Of a DNA stretch of 64,000 nt, positions 8,146 to 18,059 are shown one piece after another. The stretch comes from a bacterium (GTDB lineage: Bacteria; UBA8248). Where the stretch lies: positions 3,200,001 to 3,264,000 of the forward strand of contig OZ242260.1 of the NCBI GenBank assembly GCA_965207065.1. The letters run 5' to 3'. Every line of letters begins with the position of its first letter. Position 1 is the stretch's first letter. The translations under genes and the position numbers were made by a program. Under the pieces are notes generated by a model. That model saw only the letters and a program-made list of their open reading frames with translations, made no database searches and was not told the origin of the DNA.

Positions 8146-9243
8146 ATGCGCCCAGAAGAAGCGGGCCCGAGCGTAAATGAGGAGAGGCTTGAGGCCGTTC
8201 CCCCGCCGCCCGAGGGTTTCGATGCGCCCCTGGAGATCGGCGGGGTGAAGATCGAGAACCGCCTCGTCATGGCGCCCATGGCGGGTTATACGAATCTGCC
8301 CTTCCGCACGCTGGTCAAGGCGCACGGCGCAGGCATGGTGGCCACCGAGATGGTGAGCAGCCAGGCCTTGGTGCGGCGGCACCAGAAGACGTATGACCTG
8401 ATGCGAAACGACGCGGCGGAAAAGCCGGTCTCCATCCAGCTTTTCGGCGCGGATCCGGCCCAGATGGGCGAGGCGGCGGCCATCGTGGAAGAAGCGGGTG
8501 CCGACATCGTCGATCTCAACTGCGGATGCCCCGTCAAGAAGATAACGAAAAACCAGGCGGGCTCATCGCTGCTCAGGTACCCCGAGCGGGCGCACGAGAT
8601 CGTCTCCGCCATGGTTCGCGCCGTGCGCATTCCCGTGACGGTGAAGATGCGCACCGGCTGGGACACCGTAGAGCGGAACTCTGCGGAGGTCTTCGCCAGG
8701 GCGGTGGAAGACGCGGGCGCAAAGGCCATCACCGTGCACGGCAGGACCCGGCAGGCCATGTTCAGCGGCGCGGTGGACCTGGACGCCATCGCGCGGGTCA
8801 AGCGCGCAGTCAGGGTACCCGTCCTGGGGAACGGGAGCATCCTGAGTCCTCAGGACGCGATCGCCATGATTCGCCGCACCGGCGTGGACGCCCTGATGAT
8901 CGGGCGCGGCGCGGTCGGCAATCCGTGGATTTTCTCGCGCCTGCTCCACTGGCTAAAAACCGGAGAATTGCCCGCACCGCCCGGCTTGGCCGAGAAGAAG
9001 AACATGGCGATTCGCCACCTGGGGCTCCTCCGAGAGGTGCTGGGCGAGCGGCTCGCCGCCTTCCACTCCCGGAAGCATCTGCCCGCCTACACGAAGGGCC
9101 TTCGGGGAGGCTCGGCGATGCGCGAAAGGGTGAACCGGCTGGAGGATATGGACGCCGTACTCCGCGAGGTGGAGGCTTTCTTCGATAATCTGGCCTTGCG
9201 CTCCCGGATGATCGGGGCAGGGGAGAGCGCTCATGCGGCTTGA
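8146..9243 (+). CDS. dusB: tRNA-dihydrouridine synthase B
   Basis: MAPMAG, QLFG, DLNCGCP, VTVKMRTGWD, VHGRT, MIGRG..GNPWIF. Confidence 0.93.
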   Translation: MRPEEAGPSVNEERLEAVPPPPEGFDAPLEIGGVKIENRLVMAPMAGYTNLPFRTLVKAHGAGMVATEMVSSQALVRRHQKTYDLMRNDAAEKPVSIQLFGADPAQMGEAAAIVEEAGADIVDLNCGCPVKKITKNQAGSSLLRYPERAHEIVSAMVRAVRIPVTVKMRTGWDTVERNSAEVFARAVEDAGAKAITVHGRTRQAMFSGAVDLDAIARVKRAVRVPVLGNGSILSPQDAIAMIRRTGVDALMIGRGAVGNPWIFSRLLHWLKTGELPAPPGLAEKKNMAIRHLGLLREVLGERLAAFHSRKHLPAYTKGLRGGSAMRERVNRLEDMDAVLREVEAFFDNLALRSRMIGAGESAHAA

Positions 9244-10015
9244 GGGCAGACGCGCCTTCGTTACCGGCGGAGGTCGTGGCATCGGGCGCGCCATCGCGCT
9301 CAAATTCGCAGAGGCGGGCGCGGACGTGGCCGTCGCCGCGAGAACGCGTGCCGAAATCGACGCTGTCGCCGGGGAAATACAGGAAACGGGGCGGCGCTCA
9401 TTGGCGATTCCCTGCGATGTGGGCGACTCCAAAGAGGTGGACGAAGCCGTTCAGCAAACGAGCCGGGAGCTGGGCGGCGTGGACGTCCTGGTCGCCAACG
9501 CGGGCGCGCTCGTACACGCGCCGCTGGGCGAGACCACCGACGCCCTTTGGGACGAAATGATGCGCGTGAACCTGAATGGCGCCTTCTACGCCTTTCGCGC
9601 GGCGATCGGCGGGATGAGCGAGCGCGGCTGGGGCCGCCTCATCGCGATCAGCTCGGTGTCGGGCAAGATCGGCGGGCCGAACCGCAGCGCCTACCACGCG
9701 GCGAAACACGGCGTCCTGGGCCTGGTCCGCTCGGTGGCGCTCGAAGCGGCGGCGGCGGGCGTCACCGTGAACGCGATTTGCCCCGGCTTCGTGGAAACGG
9801 GAATGGTCGCCACATTTCGGGAAGGTCTAGCCGAACAAACCGAGGGTGGAGAAAGCGCGGAGGAGGCGATGAATCGCTACCGGGACGAGGTCCCCATGGG
9901 GCGCTTCCTGGCGCCCGAGGAGATCGCCGCGATGGCCTTGTACCTCGCGAGCGAGGAGGCGGGCGGCATCACCGGGCAGGCCTACACCATCTCCTGCGGC
10001 GCGATTCAGATCTGA
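9233..10015 (+). CDS. SDR family oxidoreductase
   Basis: TGGGRGIG, NAG, YHAAK, ICPGFVET. Confidence 0.92.
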   Translation: MRLEGRRAFVTGGGRGIGRAIALKFAEAGADVAVAARTRAEIDAVAGEIQETGRRSLAIPCDVGDSKEVDEAVQQTSRELGGVDVLVANAGALVHAPLGETTDALWDEMMRVNLNGAFYAFRAAIGGMSERGWGRLIAISSVSGKIGGPNRSAYHAAKHGVLGLVRSVALEAAAAGVTVNAICPGFVETGMVATFREGLAEQTEGGESAEEAMNRYRDEVPMGRFLAPEEIAAMALYLASEEAGGITGQAYTISCGAIQI

Positions 10016-10033
10016 GGGAAAACGCGGCCTGTA

Positions 10034-10591
10034 GGGGACTGTTGAAAAAGCCCTTGAGTGGGTAAAGGCAACCCCCCCTACCCCCCCTTGTCAGGGGGGC
10101 AAGAAAAAGCAAAACCCCCTCTGCCCGGCGGGGGCGCATCGCCTTTTTATACCCCCCTGACAAGGGGGGGTAGGGGGGGGTGGTTTTCCAGTCGAGCGGG
10201 GTGTCTCCTCTATCCCTGAAAAGTCCTCCTCGCTCGGAACCGACCACCGCCGTCATTCCGGCTTTCGCCGGAATCCAGGGACTTTGCCTTTGTTTTTTAT
10301 TTCTTTTGCACTCCCGCCAATGAATGGAGGATGAAAAATCGGAGCCCCGCCATTCTCCTCGGCTCTGGATTCCGGCATGCGCCGGAATGACGATCAAAAA
10401 CCGCATTCACCCGTAGAGGCGGCCCACCGTGGCCGCCCCTATCGGATATATCCATCCCCGTGGTTGCGCTTCGCAGGGATAGGCGGCGGGGGCATCGAAC
10501 TGGTCACGACCTCGGACAGGCGCGGAGGCCTGTCCCTACGGGGTCATCACGTCGTCGACCGGGGAGATAAATGGGTTTTTCAACAACCCCC
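10034..10591. mobile_element. MITE-like composite element: IS-like terminal inverted repeats enclosing REP modules
   Basis: ggggactgttgaaaaagccc ... gggtttttcaacaaccccc; interior of C/G-tract hairpin, CGTC doublet and GTAG REPs; no transposase. Confidence 0.6.
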
Positions 10592-10615
10592 GGATGTTCC
10601 GGCTTTTGCTTCCCC

Positions 10616-12640
10616 TCACTGCGTCGGCGGCGGCGGGGAGAGCAGGGCGTTTTCGCCCGGGCGCGCGCCTCCTGCGAACGTCCGGTGCGGCGCGACCATC
10701 TGAAGGTGGCGGATTTTCTTCTTCTCGACCGACAGCACGAACAACTGGCGGCGCGCGTCGTTGTCGGCTCCCATGTCCGTCAGCCCCATGACGCCCTCGA
10801 ATCCCCTGAGGGAGGCGAGGTACCGCCTGACGCCATCCCGCGTCTTCGCCCCCGCTGCGATCGCCGAGAAGATGATTTGCGCCGCGTCGTAGCCCAGGGC
10901 CGAGAAAATGTCCGGCGTGCGGCCGAAAATGCTCTTGAAATCGTTCACGAAACGCGCCACCTTGGGCTCCGTAGAGTCTGCGAAGAATCCATCGACGAAG
11001 ACCGCGCCTTCCACGTAGCGTTCCCCGTGTTCGAGCAGGCGGGGGTCGTTCCACCCGCTGCCGCCCAGGAGTCTGACCGCGCGCATGTTGTAGAAGAGGA
11101 CCTGCGGCGCGATGAGCACCGCTTCCTCGTGGCGGACGGGTACGAAGAGCGCCTCGAAGTTCAGCGGGATTTGATACGGGTCCGACCTGCCCAGACCCAG
11201 CGAGCGTTTCCTCCTTCTCAATTGGCGGTCGTCCATGCCGCCGAGCGCCAGCATCTGCGACCTGAAGTCGGTGGCGTTTTCGGGGAACGAAACGATTTTG
11301 ACGACCTCGCCCCCCAGGTTCTCCACCGCCTGGGTGAAGGCGTCGGTCAACTCTATCCCGTCGCGATCCGCCGGGTAGAGGACGGCGAAGCGCCGTACCC
11401 CGAGATAGCGGATGGCGTAGGAAGCGACGCCCTGGGCCTGGAGGCGGTTCGTGAGCGTATTGCGGAACACCCAGGGGAAATCGGGCCTCATGCGCATCCG
11501 GAGCGCAAACGGGGTGAGCATGGGGATTTTCCGGCGGTTCGCGACTTGGGCTGCGCCTTCCGCCGCCTCGGAGATGAGCGGGCCGATGAGGGCGAGGGCC
11601 TTTTCTTTCTCGATGAGTTCGGCGGCCACTTTCGCCGCGTCGCCCGCGGATTGCGCCGTGCTTTTCGTATCGCGGACAGCGAGCTGAACCCGCAAGTTGG
11701 GGTATTTCGCCAGACTGTGCCGGAGCGCCAGTCGAATGCCGTCATAGACGCGCCCGCCCGCGGCGCCCAGGGCGCCCGATAGCGGGAGCATGATGCCCAC
11801 GCGCCCCGAATAGACGGCCATGGGCACATTCGCTTCCTCTGCTGCGCTTTTTGGGGGCGCATCGTCTCGTGCGGCTTTGTCGGGTTTCTCCTGTTGCTCG
11901 CGATCCGACAGGGCCGCTTGCAGATACATCCATGCAGGCGTGCCGGCGAATTTCTCGGCCGCCGTGCGAAGCCGGTGCGGCGCGATTTCTCCCGCCAGCG
12001 CCTCGATGCGCCCGATGAGAATCTTCTTCCCGAAAATTTTCCGGTCGCTCCTCAAGGCGCGCGCGTAGGAGAGCAGGGCGGGGAAGGGTTCGCCCCGCAT
12101 TTCATAGACTGCTCCCAGGGAGGCTTCGAGCAGCGCGCGTCTTTCGGGGCTGGTCTCCTTGCTCAGGCTGCTTCTCAGGGAAATCCACGCCTCATCGTGC
12201 CGGTCGGCGGCCTGGAGGGCGAGACCGCGATAAAACACGCTCTCCGTATACAGGGGTGAGAGGGGAAACTTCTCCTGGAGTTGTTCGAGGCTTTGCGCCG
12301 CGGATTCCAGCTCACCGCGCGCGAGTTGGTGTTTTGCGATGCCAAGCAGCGTCTTGTCGGCGTCGGTGGCGGCTGGATTTCTCTCATATTTCGCTCTCAG
12401 CCCGGCCACAGGCGTCCGGGGCGGCGTCGGGGCGGGGGCCGACCAGTTTCCGGAGCCTGCGGCCAGTGCCTTTTGCGCAGCGGGCTCTGGCGTCGGCGGG
12501 GTTTCGGCCTTCGTTTCTGATGCGGGCATGCGAACGGCGGGCTTGGGCGCGGTCTCTGAGCCTGTGTCCAGCTTGCATCCGGTGAAGAGGGATGCGGCGA
12601 GTACGGCGAAGAGCATGAATCTGAATGTGACGGTGGACAT
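10616..12640 (-). CDS. LpoA/LppC-like lipoprotein (TPR region plus periplasmic-binding-protein fold)
   Basis: Lipobox FTG-C, TPR-like helices, VGIMLPLSG, IGPL, SALGYDA, FEGVMG. Confidence 0.8.
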   Translation of the reverse strand: MSTVTFRFMLFAVLAASLFTGCKLDTGSETAPKPAVRMPASETKAETPPTPEPAAQKALAAGSGNWSAPAPTPPRTPVAGLRAKYERNPAATDADKTLLGIAKHQLARGELESAAQSLEQLQEKFPLSPLYTESVFYRGLALQAADRHDEAWISLRSSLSKETSPERRALLEASLGAVYEMRGEPFPALLSYARALRSDRKIFGKKILIGRIEALAGEIAPHRLRTAAEKFAGTPAWMYLQAALSDREQQEKPDKAARDDAPPKSAAEEANVPMAVYSGRVGIMLPLSGALGAAGGRVYDGIRLALRHSLAKYPNLRVQLAVRDTKSTAQSAGDAAKVAAELIEKEKALALIGPLISEAAEGAAQVANRRKIPMLTPFALRMRMRPDFPWVFRNTLTNRLQAQGVASYAIRYLGVRRFAVLYPADRDGIELTDAFTQAVENLGGEVVKIVSFPENATDFRSQMLALGGMDDRQLRRRKRSLGLGRSDPYQIPLNFEALFVPVRHEEAVLIAPQVLFYNMRAVRLLGGSGWNDPRLLEHGERYVEGAVFVDGFFADSTEPKVARFVNDFKSIFGRTPDIFSALGYDAAQIIFSAIAAGAKTRDGVRRYLASLRGFEGVMGLTDMGADNDARRQLFVLSVEKKKIRHLQMVAPHRTFAGGARPGENALLSPPPPTQ

Positions 12641-12672
12641 TTTTTTCTCTAGGGCGGACTGGGTCTCACGCG

Positions 12673-12701
12673 AGGGTAGGAATTGATGCGCGAAGTGTCA
12701 A
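12673..12701 (-). promoter_or_regulatory. Sigma70-like promoter for the LpoA-like gene
   Basis: TTGACA-17-TACCCT on the minus strand. Confidence 0.5.
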
Positions 12702-12771
12702 GGGTGCGTGAAACGTAAGGGTTGGGTTAAACTCACAACGATACGATATTATTCGTTTTCTCCCGCCGTGG

Positions 12772-13800
12772 ATGCAGCCGTTGAGCGAGCCAACAGGAAA
12801 TTTCGGGGTGGGCGGCCGCCCTCTCCAACCGGTTCCTCGCAAGGAACAAGCGCCGGATGAGCGCGTGGGTGGTTTCCGGTCTGAAGGGGAGACATTCCCG
12901 TTCCCCGCGAAAGACGAAAGCCCCGACGCATTTTTCGAGAGCATGGCCCGGAAGCGGGTGTCCCCGTGGAGAAATGTCGGGATTCCCGCGTTGATGTTCG
13001 TACTGACGTTGCTTTCCACCTTGATGGCGGGCGCGCTCCAGCGCGGCTTTGCGCCGGACGCCGTCTTTTACCGGCCGGCGGCGCTTCTGGCCGGGCTCCC
13101 TTTTTCGCTGACGCTGCTCCTGATCCTCGGCGCGCACGAGATGGGCCATTACGTCGCGAGCAGGAGGTGGGGGGTGGACGCGTCGCTGCCCTATTTCCTG
13201 CCGGCCCCCTCCCTGCTGGGGACGTTCGGCGCTGTCATCCGCATACGCGGCGGCATCCTGAACCGGAACGCGCTGATGGACGTGGCCGTGGCGGGGCCGC
13301 TGGCCGGTCTGGCCGCAGCGGTTCCGGCGCTCATCATCGGGTTGATGATGTCCAGGCTCGCGCCCGGTGGCGGATCGCTCGGTATCGGGCTGGGAACGCC
13401 CCTTCTGTTCGACGGCCTCGCGTGGCTGGTTCATGGCCCCATCCCCAAGGGCCAGACCATCCTCCTCCACCCGGTGGCCTTCGCCGGCTGGTGCGGGTTG
13501 CTGGTGACGTCGCTCAATCTCATCCCCGCCGGGCAACTCGACGGAGGCCACGTCATCTACACGCTTCTCGGGAGGTGGCACGCGAAGATATCGCTCGCCG
13601 TGGGTCTCGTCCTTCTGGTGATGGGGTACTGGTGGCCCGGCTGGGTTTTCTGGAGCGTGATCGTGCTCGCGCTGGGCCGGCGGCATCCACAGCTCATGGA
13701 CGAGTGGGAGCCTCTGACGCGCAAGAGGCGTATTTGGGGATTTGCGTGTATGATGCTCCTGGTTTGTACGTTCACCCTGACGCCCGTTCGGCTGTTTTAG
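12772..13800 (+). CDS. Site-2 protease (M50) membrane metalloprotease
   Basis: HEMGH, GTFGAVI, AGPLAG, LNLIPAGQLDGGH. Confidence 0.92.
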   Translation: MQPLSEPTGNFGVGGRPLQPVPRKEQAPDERVGGFRSEGETFPFPAKDESPDAFFESMARKRVSPWRNVGIPALMFVLTLLSTLMAGALQRGFAPDAVFYRPAALLAGLPFSLTLLLILGAHEMGHYVASRRWGVDASLPYFLPAPSLLGTFGAVIRIRGGILNRNALMDVAVAGPLAGLAAAVPALIIGLMMSRLAPGGGSLGIGLGTPLLFDGLAWLVHGPIPKGQTILLHPVAFAGWCGLLVTSLNLIPAGQLDGGHVIYTLLGRWHAKISLAVGLVLLVMGYWWPGWVFWSVIVLALGRRHPQLMDEWEPLTRKRRIWGFACMMLLVCTFTLTPVRLF

Positions 13801-13823
13801 CCTGTTTCTGGTAGAGAACCACC

Positions 13824-14873
13824 GTGTCCGACGATTCCATGCCATTGGCCATCGATATCGGGAGTTCCGCCGTCAAGGTGGTGAAGCTCGAAAGGAAAGA
13901 GGAGCGCCTCTTCCTCTCGCGGCTGGGTGCGGTATCTCTCGCGCCGGGCGCCGTTCATGGCGGCTTCGTGCATGACCCCGAGGAGGTCGGGCGGGCGCTG
14001 GCGGTGTTGCTCCCCGCCGGGGAGGAGGAAAGGAAGGTGGTCGTGGCGCTGTCGGGGAGGGCGGCCATGGTGCGGACGGTGCTCCTGCCCGCCGAAGAAG
14101 ATTTTCCCGTCGTCGACGCCATCGAAGCCGAAGCGATGCAGGTGCTGCCGTATCCCCTGGAAGAGGTGCGCCTGTCTCACCTGCGGATCGGCCAGATCGA
14201 AAAACGAACCGAGCGGCTGGACGAGTACCTGATGATCGCCGTGAGGCGCGAGCCACTCGATGCGCTGCTGGCTTTTCTGAAGCGGGTTCGTTGCGAGCCC
14301 GTCATCGTCGACGTGAACTTCCTGGCGATGGAAAGCGCCTTCGAACTCTCCGGAATGCGCGAGGAAGGGGAGATCACCGCCCTGGTGGATATCGGCGGCT
14401 ACGAGACGCTGGTGAACGTTGTGTGCGACGAGCACACCCTGATTACCAGGGCGGTGCCTTTCGGCGGAGAGGAATTGACGAGATTGCTGTCGAATCGTCT
14501 GGAAGTCTCCCGTCAGGAGGCGGAGGCCGTCAAGCGGGGAGAGGCGACCGCCGCCGACCCTGACGCCCTGGAAGACGCTGTGCGGCTGGAAGCGCAAAAG
14601 CTGGCTTTCGAACTGGACAGGACGTTTCGGCTCATGTGGCCGATTACGCCCGCCCCGCAGGTGGAGCGCGTGGTCCTCTCGGGCGGCGGCGCGCTGCTCG
14701 AAGGGCTTCCGGAGCATTTGGCAGAGGCGCTCGATGCCCCCGTGGAAATTCTGGATCCCTTCCGCCACGTGGAAGCGTCCGAAGAGGAGTTCGATTCGGA
14801 CCTCCTGGAATCTCGCGCACCCGCCTCAGCCATCGGCGCGGGGCTGGCGTATCGCGCGGTGGAGTATGTATGA
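13824..14873 (+). CDS. pilM: Type IV pilus assembly protein PilM (actin-like ATPase fold)
   Basis: AIDIGSSAVKVV, VDIG, FGGEELT, LSGGGALL.GL, GLAYR. Confidence 0.85.
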   Translation: MSDDSMPLAIDIGSSAVKVVKLERKEERLFLSRLGAVSLAPGAVHGGFVHDPEEVGRALAVLLPAGEEERKVVVALSGRAAMVRTVLLPAEEDFPVVDAIEAEAMQVLPYPLEEVRLSHLRIGQIEKRTERLDEYLMIAVRREPLDALLAFLKRVRCEPVIVDVNFLAMESAFELSGMREEGEITALVDIGGYETLVNVVCDEHTLITRAVPFGGEELTRLLSNRLEVSRQEAEAVKRGEATAADPDALEDAVRLEAQKLAFELDRTFRLMWPITPAPQVERVVLSGGGALLEGLPEHLAEALDAPVEILDPFRHVEASEEEFDSDLLESRAPASAIGAGLAYRAVEYV

Positions 14874-15952
14874 AGAACGTACGGGTTCACCTGGGAGAGC
14901 GCTCCTACACGATTCGTATCGGGGCGGACGCGCTCGGTGATATCGGAAAAGTCTGCCTGCGCCATTTCAGGGGCGGGCGGGCACTCGTCGTGACGGACAC
15001 GAACGTTGCGCCGCTCTACGCCGAAAAAACGCTTGCTTTGCTCGAGGCGGCGGGCGTTCAGGCGTCTGTGCTCAGGATTCCGGCGGGCGAGGCGAGCAAG
15101 TCGATGCGGCAGCTGTCCCGCATACTGGACAGGATGGCCTCCATGCGGCTGGACAGGGGCTGCGGCGCCGTGGCCTTGGGCGGCGGCGTGGTGGGCGACA
15201 TCACCGGATTCGCCGCGGCCGTCTTCCTGAGGGGCGTTCCCTACGTTCAGGCGCCGACGACGCTCCTCGCCCAGGTGGACAGCGCGGTGGGCGGCAAGAC
15301 GGCGATCGATCACCGACTCGGGAAGAACCTCGTGGGCGCGTTTCATCAGCCGATAGCGGTGGTGAGCGACACCTCGTCGTTAAAGACGCTGCCCGAGCGG
15401 GAATTCAGGGCGGGGATGGCCGAGGTGGTGAAGCACGCGGCCATTGCGGACGCCCGCCTGTTCGCCTATCTCGGGAAGAACGAGGCGCGGATTCTCGATC
15501 GCGACGAGGACGTGATGGGGCGCATCGTCGCCACGAACTGCCGGATCAAGGCGAGGGTCGTCGAGCAGGACGAGCGAGAGGGCGGCCTGCGCCAGATACT
15601 GAACTTCGGCCACACGCTCGGGCACGCGGTGGAAGCCCTGGCGGGCTATTCGTCCGCACTGCTCCACGGAGAAGCCGTCGCTATCGGCATGTCCGCGGCG
15701 GGCCGGATATCCTGCGCGATGGGCTTCTGCGCGAGCGGGGACGTGGAGCGGCTGACCACCCTGCTCGATCGTTTCGGGCTGCCCACGCGTATGGAGGAGC
15801 CTCCAAAGCTCGCAGTCTTGAAGCGGCTGCTCGCCAGCGACAAGAAAACGCGCCGGGGGAGTCCCCGGTTCGTCCTGATGCGGAAAATCGGCGCGGTGGA
15901 GCCGGGCGTCGAGGTCCCGCCCCGCTTGTGGCGCGGCGCGCTCGCAGGTTAA
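14870..15952 (+). CDS. aroB: 3-dehydroquinate synthase
   Basis: GGGVVGD, PTTLLAQVDSAVGGKT, KNLVGAFHQP, LNFGHTLGHA, HGEAV; ATGA overlap with pilM. Confidence 0.96.
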   Translation: MKNVRVHLGERSYTIRIGADALGDIGKVCLRHFRGGRALVVTDTNVAPLYAEKTLALLEAAGVQASVLRIPAGEASKSMRQLSRILDRMASMRLDRGCGAVALGGGVVGDITGFAAAVFLRGVPYVQAPTTLLAQVDSAVGGKTAIDHRLGKNLVGAFHQPIAVVSDTSSLKTLPEREFRAGMAEVVKHAAIADARLFAYLGKNEARILDRDEDVMGRIVATNCRIKARVVEQDEREGGLRQILNFGHTLGHAVEALAGYSSALLHGEAVAIGMSAAGRISCAMGFCASGDVERLTTLLDRFGLPTRMEEPPKLAVLKRLLASDKKTRRGSPRFVLMRKIGAVEPGVEVPPRLWRGALAG

Positions 15953-16349
15953 GGGGCTGTTGAGAAAGTCCTGATGAACGAAGTTTCGACTCGTCAGATA
16001 AAAGAGCAAGAATCACTCCCCCCATGAGGGGGTCGGGTTTCCCGAAGGGAATCCCCATAAAAGCAACCCCCCCTACCCCCCTTGTCAGGGGGGCAAGAAA
16101 AAGCAAAGCACCCTCTGCCCGGCGGAGGCTCATCCCGGCGGGGGGACGCCGCCTTTTTATACCCCCCTGACAAGGGGGGTAGGGGGGGTTGCTTCTGACG
16201 AGGAGAGTCGGGGGTTCGTGCGGAAGCGGCCTTTCCGCTAGAGGCGATATCCCCCGACAAGGTCTTTTTCAACCCCTCTCAATCGGGGAGTGAACATCAA
16301 AAGCGTGCGCGCAACCGAAATCGCTCCACTGGACTTTTTCAGCCACCCC
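15953..16349. mobile_element. MITE-like element with 19-bp imperfect TIRs and GTTAA target-site duplication
   Basis: GTTAA|ggggctgttgagaaagtcc ... ggactttttcagccacccc|GTTAA. Confidence 0.7.
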
Positions 16350-16379
16350 GTTAATCACGGGTTCGGCGGCTCCCGTTCA

Positions 16380-16408
16380 TTGACGCCGCCGCCCGTGTTA
16401 TCTACCAT
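16380..16408 (+). promoter_or_regulatory. Sigma70-like promoter of aroQ-peptidase-efp
   Basis: TTGACG-17-TACCAT. Confidence 0.5.
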
Positions 16409-16462
16409 TCCTCCCCGGCTTCCATGCGGACTTGATGGAACGCATCTTATTTGAGTGAGCAC

Positions 16463-16960
16463 ATGAGAATACTGCTGTTGAACGGTCCGAATCTCAATCT
16501 GCTGGGTACCCGCGAACCCGAAGTGTACGGCAAGACGACGCTGGCCGAACTAGAGGCGGCTCTCGCCCGGATGGCGGCGGATGGGGGGGCGGAACTCGAG
16601 TGTCTTCAATCCAACGTCGAGGGAGAACTCGTCGATGCGCTCCAGCGCGCGGGGGGCGCGAAACCGCCCCTGAATGACGTGGCCCCCTCGGGCGAATGCG
16701 CCGCCTGCGTCTTCAATCCGGGAGGGTACACCCACACCAGCGTCGCGCTCAGAGACGCGATAGGCGGCCTGGAGTTGCCCGTCTACGAGGTGCACATCTC
16801 AAACGTCATGAAGCGCGAGGATTTCAGGCATCGCTCGATGATAGGGCCCGTAGCGGCGGGAAGCGTCATCGGGTTCGGCCTGGCGGGCTACGCCCTGGCC
16901 TTGCGCGCGGCGATCAATCTCCACGTCAAGGGGCTGACTTTCCCACTGGAAGAAGAATGA
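16463..16960 (+). CDS. aroQ: Type II 3-dehydroquinate dehydratase
   Basis: LNGPNLNLLGTREPEVYG, QSN.EG, NPGGYTHTSVALRDA, EVHISN. Confidence 0.96.
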   Translation: MRILLLNGPNLNLLGTREPEVYGKTTLAELEAALARMAADGGAELECLQSNVEGELVDALQRAGGAKPPLNDVAPSGECAACVFNPGGYTHTSVALRDAIGGLELPVYEVHISNVMKREDFRHRSMIGPVAAGSVIGFGLAGYALALRAAINLHVKGLTFPLEEE

Positions 16961-18027
16961 AGCAGCGTCTGAGCGCATTGAGAAAGGCGATGCGGCGCGA
17001 GGGCGTCTCCGCTTTCGCCGTCACGAACAGGAAGAACGTCCACTATCTCACCGGCTTCACCGGCTCGGCCGGGGCCTGCCTGATCTCCGCGAGAAGCGCC
17101 GTCTTCATCACGGACTTCCGCTACCGTTCGCAGGCGGCGAAGCAGGTGCCGCCCGATTTTCGACGCGCCGAACACGCCTCCCCGGTGCAGGGGATAGCAA
17201 AAGAGTTGAAAAAAACGAGGGCGAAAGCGCTCGCCTTCGAGGAGTCGCACGTTGTCCACGGTGTTTTCAGGCAACTACGCAAGTTCATCAAGGGAGTGCG
17301 CCTGAAGCCCGTCTCGGGCCTCGTGGAGGGTTTGCGGCTTTGCAAGGACGCAGGCGAGGTTCGAAAACTGAAACAGGGCGCGCGAGTGAACGGGGAGGCG
17401 CTGAGCGAGATTTCAGCGTCGATCCGCACCGGCCGCGCCGAATCGGACGTCGCGCTCGACCTCGAGACCGCGATGAGGCGAAGGGGCGCTTCCGGCGCCT
17501 CGTTCGATACCATCGTCGCCTCGGGTCCGCGCTCCGCTCTTCCGCACGGCATCGCCTCCTCCAGAAAACTCAAAAAGGGCGACCTCATCACCATCGATTT
17601 CGGCGCCGTGGTGTCGGGCTACCATGCGGATACGACGCGCGTGTTCTCCCTCGGAAAGCCGTCGCCCAAGGCCGAGAAGATATACGAGATCGTCCTGGAA
17701 GCCCAGGTGACGGCGCTCGAGGCCGTGAAGCCCGGCGTCTCCTGCGGGGACGTGGACAAAGCAGCCCGCGACGTCATCGAGGCCCACGGCTATGGCGAGG
17801 CCTTCGGGCACGGTACGGGCCACGGTGTCGGACTCGATATCCACGAAGCCCCCAGGCTCGGTCCCGGCGTGAAGGAGGAACTCAGGCCCGGCATGGTCGT
17901 TACGGTGGAGCCCGGCATCTATCTGCCCCGCTGGGGCGGCGTGAGAATCGAGGATATGGTGCTCGTCACCGAGCGGGGCAAGGAGGTTCTCACCCGTTCG
18001 ATTACAAAGGAACTCGTTGTTTTGTAG
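16957..18027 (+). CDS. Xaa-Pro aminopeptidase (M24B)
   Basis: [38 protein letters not shown]. Confidence 0.94.
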   Translation: MKQRLSALRKAMRREGVSAFAVTNRKNVHYLTGFTGSAGACLISARSAVFITDFRYRSQAAKQVPPDFRRAEHASPVQGIAKELKKTRAKALAFEESHVVHGVFRQLRKFIKGVRLKPVSGLVEGLRLCKDAGEVRKLKQGARVNGEALSEISASIRTGRAESDVALDLETAMRRRGASGASFDTIVASGPRSALPHGIASSRKLKKGDLITIDFGAVVSGYHADTTRVFSLGKPSPKAEKIYEIVLEAQVTALEAVKPGVSCGDVDKAARDVIEAHGYGEAFGHGTGHGVGLDIHEAPRLGPGVKEELRPGMVVTVEPGIYLPRWGGVRIEDMVLVTERGKEVLTRSITKELVVL

Positions 18028-18059
18028 ACATTTTCATCATCAGGAGGTTTTTTGAACCG

